Positions 59,154-64,000 of a DNA stretch of 64,000 nucleotides are shown piece by piece. The stretch comes from Longimicrobiales bacterium. GTDB taxonomy: Bacteria; Gemmatimonadota; Gemmatimonadetes; Longimicrobiales; Gaopeijiaceae. Where the stretch lies: positions 1,760,001-1,824,000 of the forward strand of contig OZ241869.1 in NCBI GenBank assembly GCA_965202805.1, given 5' to 3'. The notes under the pieces were generated by a model, which saw only the letters and a list, made by a program, of their open reading frames with translations, had not been told where the DNA came from and did no database searches. Position 1 is the stretch's first letter; each line of letters opens with the position of its first letter. The position numbers were made by a program, and so were the translations under genes.

Positions 59154-60866
59154 ATGCGTCGCTTGCTGATTGGCGCCTTTCTGCTCTCGCTGCTCCTTCC
59201 CGCCGCGCGCGGACACGCTCAAGAGCCCGCCTCATTCGACGTGCTCATCACCGGGGCCCGGGTCCTGGACGGCACCGGAAACCCGTGGATATACGCGGAT
59301 GTGGGCATCCGGGACGGAATGATCGCGGCGGTGGGCGACCTGGCCGACGCCCCGGCCGAGCGGGTCATCGATGCCCGGGGCAAGGTGGTGGCGCCCGGCT
59401 TCATCGACCTTCATTCCCACGGCGCCGGAGGTCTGGCATCGCCGGACAATCGCCGTCGCGCCGCCGCCAACCTGGTCACCCAGGGCGTGACCACCGTCGT
59501 CATCAACCAGGACGGCCGAAGCCCCGTGGACATCGGCGCGCAGCGGTCGCTGCTGCAGGACCTGCGCATCGGTCCCAACGCGATCCTCATGGTGGGCCAC
59601 AACTCGATCCGCGCGGAGGCCATGGGCAACGACTTCCGGCGCCTCGCGACGCCGGCGGAGGTCGAGCGGATGCAGGCCCTCGCGCGCGCGGGCATGGAAG
59701 CGGGCGCATTCGGGCTGTCCGCGGGACTCGAATACGTGCCCGGCCGCTGGAGCAACACCGACGAGGTCGTCGCGGTTGTGGAGGAGATCGTGCCGTATGG
59801 CGGCGTGTTCATCGAGCATGAGCGCAGCAGCGGCACCTCGCCGATGTGGTGGCGGCCGAGCCAGGACGAGCCCGGCCCTCCGACCATGCTCAACTCCATC
59901 CAGGAGACGATCGAGATCGGCGAGCGCACCGGGGCCACCGTCGTGGCGACCCACATCAAGGCCAGGGGCGCCAACTACTGGGGCTCGAGCGGCGCCATCA
60001 TCGCGGCGATCCGCCGGGCGCGGGACCGGGGCGTCGCCATCTTCGCGGACCAATACCCGTACGCGACCAGCGGCAGCGACGGCAACGTGAGCCTGATTCC
60101 GGAATGGGCGGTGGGCGCGGACGAGGGGCCGCCGGGCGGGGGTCCGGGCGCAGCGCCCGATTACGCGGGAGCCTTGCGCACGACACTGGCCGACCCCGAG
60201 GGCGCCCGCATGCTCAGGCAGGACATCGCATACGAGACCGAGTTCCGTGGCGGCGCGGAGAACATCGTGGTCTTCGACTATCCGGACCGCTCGCTGATCG
60301 GCAAGAGCGTCGCCGAGATCGCAGCCGAGCGCGGGATCTCAACCGTCGAGGCCGCAATCCAGCTCCAGTTGGAGGGGATGCGGGACCGGCGCGGCGGCGG
60401 GCGCCTGCGCAGCTTTTCCTTCTCGGAGGAGGACATCGAGAACTTCGCCGCGCAGTCCTGGGTGGCGACGGCCTCGGACGGCGGCATCTCCCTGCCGGAG
60501 GACGGACCCGCCATCCACGCCCGCTACTACGGCACCTTCCCGCGCAAGATCCGGGAGTACGCGCTCGACCGCGGCGTCCTCTCCGTCGAGAACGCGGTTC
60601 GCTCCATGACCACCCTGCCCGCGCAGATCCTGGGGCTCAGGAACCGCGGCCAGGTGCGGGAAGGGTTCGTGGCCGACGTGGTGGTGCTCGACCTGGAGCA
60701 GATCCGCGACATGGCCACCTTCACCGACCCGCACCAGTACGCGACCGGGATCGACTATGTGCTCGTCAATGGCAGCTTCGTCGTGGACGAGGGCACACCG
60801 ACGGGACTGCTCCCCGGCATCGTGATCACGCCCACCGAGGGCAGAAGGCCGCCCGCGACGGATTGA
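59154..60866 (+). CDS. N-acyl-D-amino-acid deacylase (amidohydrolase), secreted
   Basis: DGTG, PGFIDLHSH, GLEYVPG, HIK, DQYPY, SDGG, YGTFPR; GGAGG before ATG 59154. Confidence 0.88.
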   Translation: MRRLLIGAFLLSLLLPAARGHAQEPASFDVLITGARVLDGTGNPWIYADVGIRDGMIAAVGDLADAPAERVIDARGKVVAPGFIDLHSHGAGGLASPDNRRRAAANLVTQGVTTVVINQDGRSPVDIGAQRSLLQDLRIGPNAILMVGHNSIRAEAMGNDFRRLATPAEVERMQALARAGMEAGAFGLSAGLEYVPGRWSNTDEVVAVVEEIVPYGGVFIEHERSSGTSPMWWRPSQDEPGPPTMLNSIQETIEIGERTGATVVATHIKARGANYWGSSGAIIAAIRRARDRGVAIFADQYPYATSGSDGNVSLIPEWAVGADEGPPGGGPGAAPDYAGALRTTLADPEGARMLRQDIAYETEFRGGAENIVVFDYPDRSLIGKSVAEIAAERGISTVEAAIQLQLEGMRDRRGGGRLRSFSFSEEDIENFAAQSWVATASDGGISLPEDGPAIHARYYGTFPRKIREYALDRGVLSVENAVRSMTTLPAQILGLRNRGQVREGFVADVVVLDLEQIRDMATFTDPHQYATGIDYVLVNGSFVVDEGTPTGLLPGIVITPTEGRRPPATD

Positions 60867-60907
60867 GCCATCCGGGTTGACCGGATCGAGCGGTGATGAC
60901 TACGATA

Positions 60908-60923
60908 TATCGCAATTGCGATA
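60908..60923. promoter_or_regulatory. Perfect 16-bp palindrome, likely dinJ-yafQ operator
   Basis: TATCGCAATTGCGATA just upstream of the AGGAGG RBS. Confidence 0.7.
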
Positions 60924-60936
60924 CAGGAGGCTCCCG

Positions 60937-61218
60937 ATGAAGACTCGTAGTTCGATGCTCCACGTCCGAATGGACACGGAGATGAAGCGGAAAGCCACGG
61001 CGGCGCTCGCGGCCATGGGGCTGACGGCCTCGGAGGCCGTGCGGCTGTTCTTCCACCGAATCGCCGTCGAGCAGGCCTTCCCTCTCGAACTCAAGGTGCC
61101 GAACGCGCAGACCCGCGGGGCTATGGCCGAGTCGGAGGAGATGATGAGACGAGGGGCGGCTCGATTCGCAACCGCGGACGAGATGTTTGCGGAGCTTGAA
61201 GAAGCCGGCGGTCAGTAA
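60937..61218 (+). CDS. dinJ: RelB/DinJ family antitoxin
   Basis: LHVRMD..K..A..L..MGLT.SEAVRLF..PLELKVPNAQT. Confidence 0.88.
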   Translation: MKTRSSMLHVRMDTEMKRKATAALAAMGLTASEAVRLFFHRIAVEQAFPLELKVPNAQTRGAMAESEEMMRRGAARFATADEMFAELEEAGGQ

Positions 61219-61522
61219 GCGGGCGCATCCACCGCGACGCGCGGATTACACCCGCAGCTTCCTCAAGGACTGGAAGCGGCTTTCGCGTTCGGGCAGGTAC
61301 GACATGAATCGGCTCAAGGCGGTCATGCTCCACCTCATCGCCAACGAGGCCCCGCTCGGTCCCGAACACCGCGATCACGCGCTAAGGGGCGCATGGGCGA
61401 ATCACCGGGAATGCCATGTCGGCGGGGACTTCCTGTTGATCTACCAGGTCGAAGATGCGCCAAAGCCGAGCGGTTCGATCAACTTCGTCCGGGCCGGCAC
61501 CCACACGGAACTGTTCGAATAA
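61187..61522 (+). CDS. yafQ: YafQ family mRNA interferase toxin
   Basis: FLKDWKR, DHALRG.W..HRECHV.GDFLLIY, RAGTHTELF; start uncertain. Confidence 0.88.
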   Translation: MRSLKKPAVSKRAHPPRRADYTRSFLKDWKRLSRSGRYDMNRLKAVMLHLIANEAPLGPEHRDHALRGAWANHRECHVGGDFLLIYQVEDAPKPSGSINFVRAGTHTELFE

Positions 61523-61574
61523 GGCCATTCTCACGGAGAAAGCGCCGACTGTCCCCTTCTCGGCCGCTCTCCCG

Positions 61575-63044
61575 CTAGCGCCGCCTCGACCCGTCCGCCC
61601 GCACCGCCCCCGGCCCGCGGATCACGCCCTCATCCCCGACGACCTCTATACTCGTGCCGAACGGCTCGGAGAGCGCGGCCAGGAGCGTGAGAATCCGCTG
61701 CGCGTCCTCGCCCGAGGCCGCCACCGGCCGGCCACGCTGGGGGCGCGGCAGCCCGTAGCCCAGGACCGTCGGCACCAGCCGGATCTCGTACAGCTCCCCG
61801 TCGCGATAGTCCGAAACCGCAACGACTCCGTCCCACCAATAGTCCGCCGCGGGGCGCCCGCCCCCGGAAGCCACTTCCCGGCCATCATAGAAATCGGACG
61901 GCAGACCCCGGAATTCGTCCACGTCATAGCGGGCATAGTTGTCCCAGGGCTGGAACGGCGGGGTCTCGTTCTGGAATAGAAAGTCGTCCAGGGAATAGAA
62001 GATGGGCTTGTCCTGATAGATCTCGATGCCGCGCAGCACGTGCGGGCCGTGCGCGTAGAAGGCGTCGGCCCCGGCATCGATGGTTGCGCGGGCGAAAGTC
62101 ACCAGCGCGTCCGCGGGCACATAACTGCCCTCGTTGCAATCGTCCTGATAGAGGCCCAGGCAGCCCGGCTCGTCTCCGGCGCGGCTCGGAATATAGTTGT
62201 TGCCGGCCCCCTGGTGGGTGTGGCTGGTCACGACCACCCAGTTGGCCTGCCGGCGCGCGTCGCGGACGGTGGCCAGCAGCTCCTGCAGATCGCCCTCATG
62301 CGGGGTCGTGACGGTCCGGTAGCCGTCGCCCGACTCGAAGTTGCCCTCGATGCCGCCGACTCCCTGAGCGCGCGCTTCCTCCAGGCTCTCGTAGACATCG
62401 CCCGGCACCACGTAGGTCGTCTCGAAGCGTATCGGCGCGAGCCCCGGCCGGCCGCGCATATCCGGACGCTGGTGGCCAGCCCGCATGTGCTCCGAGAAGC
62501 TCGAGGACACGGCGATGAGCGCCACCCGGCCATCCATCGTCTCCAGGTACGCGGGCGCCCGCGCGAGCGCGAGATTCTCGCCCGAGCCCGCGACCTTGAT
62601 CCCGGCCGCGGCGAGCGCACGCTGGGTCGCGCGCATCCCGCCAGCGCCCCAGTCCATGGTGTGGTTGTTGGCGAGCCCCAGCATGTCGAGGCCGATCCAG
62701 GCGAGGTCGTGAGCCAGGTCCGGATGCCCCGCCATGTAGGTGCCGCCGCTCTGGGCCGAGGGGATGATGTCGGGGCCGTACTCGTGCAACAGCATCTCCA
62801 TGTTGCCGAAGCCCACGGTGGCCCCGCCGATCACGTCCCGCAGCTTCAGAAACTCGGGCTCGTCGTAGGGCATCAGCGCCCGCGTGATGATGAGGTCCCC
62901 CACCATGGCCATGGAGATGTCCCCTTCCCCGTCGCGATGCTGCGCCTCGGCCGGCAAGGCCGTGAGCAGCGGAAGAATGAGGAGCGAGGCGCCGAGGACC
63001 CGGCGCGTCAGGATCCCGGTTCGGGCTGAAGTCGATCCGCGCAT
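61575..63044 (-). CDS. CapA family (poly-gamma-glutamate synthesis-like) metallophosphoesterase
   Basis: GD, NME, LANNHTMDWG, SH.H, HGPHVLRGIE, FYSL; AGGAGG RBS. Confidence 0.87.
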   Translation of the reverse strand: MRGSTSARTGILTRRVLGASLLILPLLTALPAEAQHRDGEGDISMAMVGDLIITRALMPYDEPEFLKLRDVIGGATVGFGNMEMLLHEYGPDIIPSAQSGGTYMAGHPDLAHDLAWIGLDMLGLANNHTMDWGAGGMRATQRALAAAGIKVAGSGENLALARAPAYLETMDGRVALIAVSSSFSEHMRAGHQRPDMRGRPGLAPIRFETTYVVPGDVYESLEEARAQGVGGIEGNFESGDGYRTVTTPHEGDLQELLATVRDARRQANWVVVTSHTHQGAGNNYIPSRAGDEPGCLGLYQDDCNEGSYVPADALVTFARATIDAGADAFYAHGPHVLRGIEIYQDKPIFYSLDDFLFQNETPPFQPWDNYARYDVDEFRGLPSDFYDGREVASGGGRPAADYWWDGVVAVSDYRDGELYEIRLVPTVLGYGLPRPQRGRPVAASGEDAQRILTLLAALSEPFGTSIEVVGDEGVIRGPGAVRADGSRRR

Positions 63045-63268
63045 GTTCACCTCCTGCCGCGGGAGAGAGCCGACTTGCAACAGTCAGATTACGCCAGGGC
63101 GGGATGCGGGGGCAAGCGCGTTGGGGGCGGAAGCCATGCCGGCCCGGGAAGCTTCGGGCCGGGCCGCGAGCGTCTGGCGATCACCGTTCCAACACTGCTC
63201 GCAGCATGTCGCTTGCAGGGTCGCATCCGGCTACGTTGAGGAATCTTCCCTCGTCATGGAGGATGCCC

Positions 63269-63652
63269 ATGCGGTACCTCGTCCTCTCCCTCCTCCTCAT
63301 GCTCTCCCTCCAGGGCTGCGCATCCACGGGCAGCGGCCCCGGCGCCTCCCGAAACCTCATCACCCGCGCGCAGATCGAAGAGTCGCAGGCGATCACGGCG
63401 TACGACGTCATCCGCGCGCTGCATCCCCAGTGGCTTCGGGCCCGGGGTCAGACCGTGGGGCTGGCGAATGCGACGCCGGTAACTCCGACGGTTTTCATGG
63501 ATGGCACGCGCATGGGTGAGCTGGATGTTCTGAACGCGTACCAGGTGCGCGACATCGAGGAGATCCGCTATCTCGATCCGGGCCGGGCCGCGAGCCGGTA
63601 CGGGATGGGGTATCCGCGGGGCATCATCGAGATCATCTCGCTCAGACGATGA
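63269..63652 (+). CDS. Small lipoprotein with a stand-alone TonB plug-like domain
   Basis: Lipobox LQGC; ITRAQI..TAYD, PTVFMDG, DIEEIRYL..AASRYG..GIIEI. Confidence 0.7.
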   Translation: MRYLVLSLLLMLSLQGCASTGSGPGASRNLITRAQIEESQAITAYDVIRALHPQWLRARGQTVGLANATPVTPTVFMDGTRMGELDVLNAYQVRDIEEIRYLDPGRAASRYGMGYPRGIIEIISLRR

Positions 63653-64000
63653 GCTGCCTCGCGACCGAGGGACGACCCGTGCCTGATTCCGGGTCCGCCT
63701 TCCGGGTGGCGAGCGGTCGTGGCCTCCGGCCCGCACGGTCCGGGCGCGCCGCCCTCTGCGCCGTTGCGGGCCTCCTCTCCGCGTGCGGCATCTTCGACAC
63801 CACCTCGCCGTTCGACGGCGACGGCAGCAACATCCCGCCCGTGCCGGACGAGGCCTACTGCAGCATTCCCGAGGAGCTGGTCGTCTCCGGGGGCGTGGGC
63901 CGGGACGGCATCCCGGCTCTCAACAACCCCTCGCTGGTGCCCAGCTACCACGCCGAGGCCACCTACCTCGAGGAGGCCGACCGGGTGATCGGGATCGAGG
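63649..64000 (+). CDS. DUF3179-like protein, 5' part, runs off the right edge
   Basis: Manual translation from ATGA overlap at 63649: lipobox LSAC, SGGVGRDGIPALNNP, YLEEADRVIGIE. Confidence 0.75.
   Translation, partial: MSCLATEGRPVPDSGSAFRVASGRGLRPARSGRAALCAVAGLLSACGIFDTTSPFDGDGSNIPPVPDEAYCSIPEELVVSGGVGRDGIPALNNPSLVPSYHAEATYLEEADRVIGIE

Overview
High-GC bacterial window, densely coding (about 50 genes). The gene mix (SusC/SusD pairs, DUF1592/DUF1552/ankyrin trio, BNR/Vps10 hydrolase, NHL, TPR and DUF1640 proteins) resembles Gemmatimonadota, possibly a host-associated lineage; this is inference only. Core content: a Cu-type P1B ATPase cut by the left edge, rhodanese, PLD/cardiolipin synthase, an Nramp-like transporter, a GltD-like flavoprotein with 2-oxoacid:ferredoxin oxidoreductase alpha/beta, two SusC/SusD loci, TonB-TPR, several hydrolases, hipBA and dinJ-yafQ toxin-antitoxin pairs and an HNH nuclease. 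Things the ORF track hides or splits: (1) a probable selenoprotein, a peroxiredoxin-like gene with a UxxC motif, in-frame TGA at 42767 and a SECIS-like hairpin; (2) a darT-darG pair inactivated by internal deletions in both genes; (3) a decayed tandem copy of the ywaF-like gene including its promoter; (4) a 74-aa secreted peptide with a Trp/Cys-rich tail; (5) three barrel-less TonB-plug proteins, two of them beside SusC/SusD loci that carry no carbohydrate enzymes. No rRNA, tRNA, CRISPR array or transposase was recognised. All family calls come from motif recognition, not database searches.
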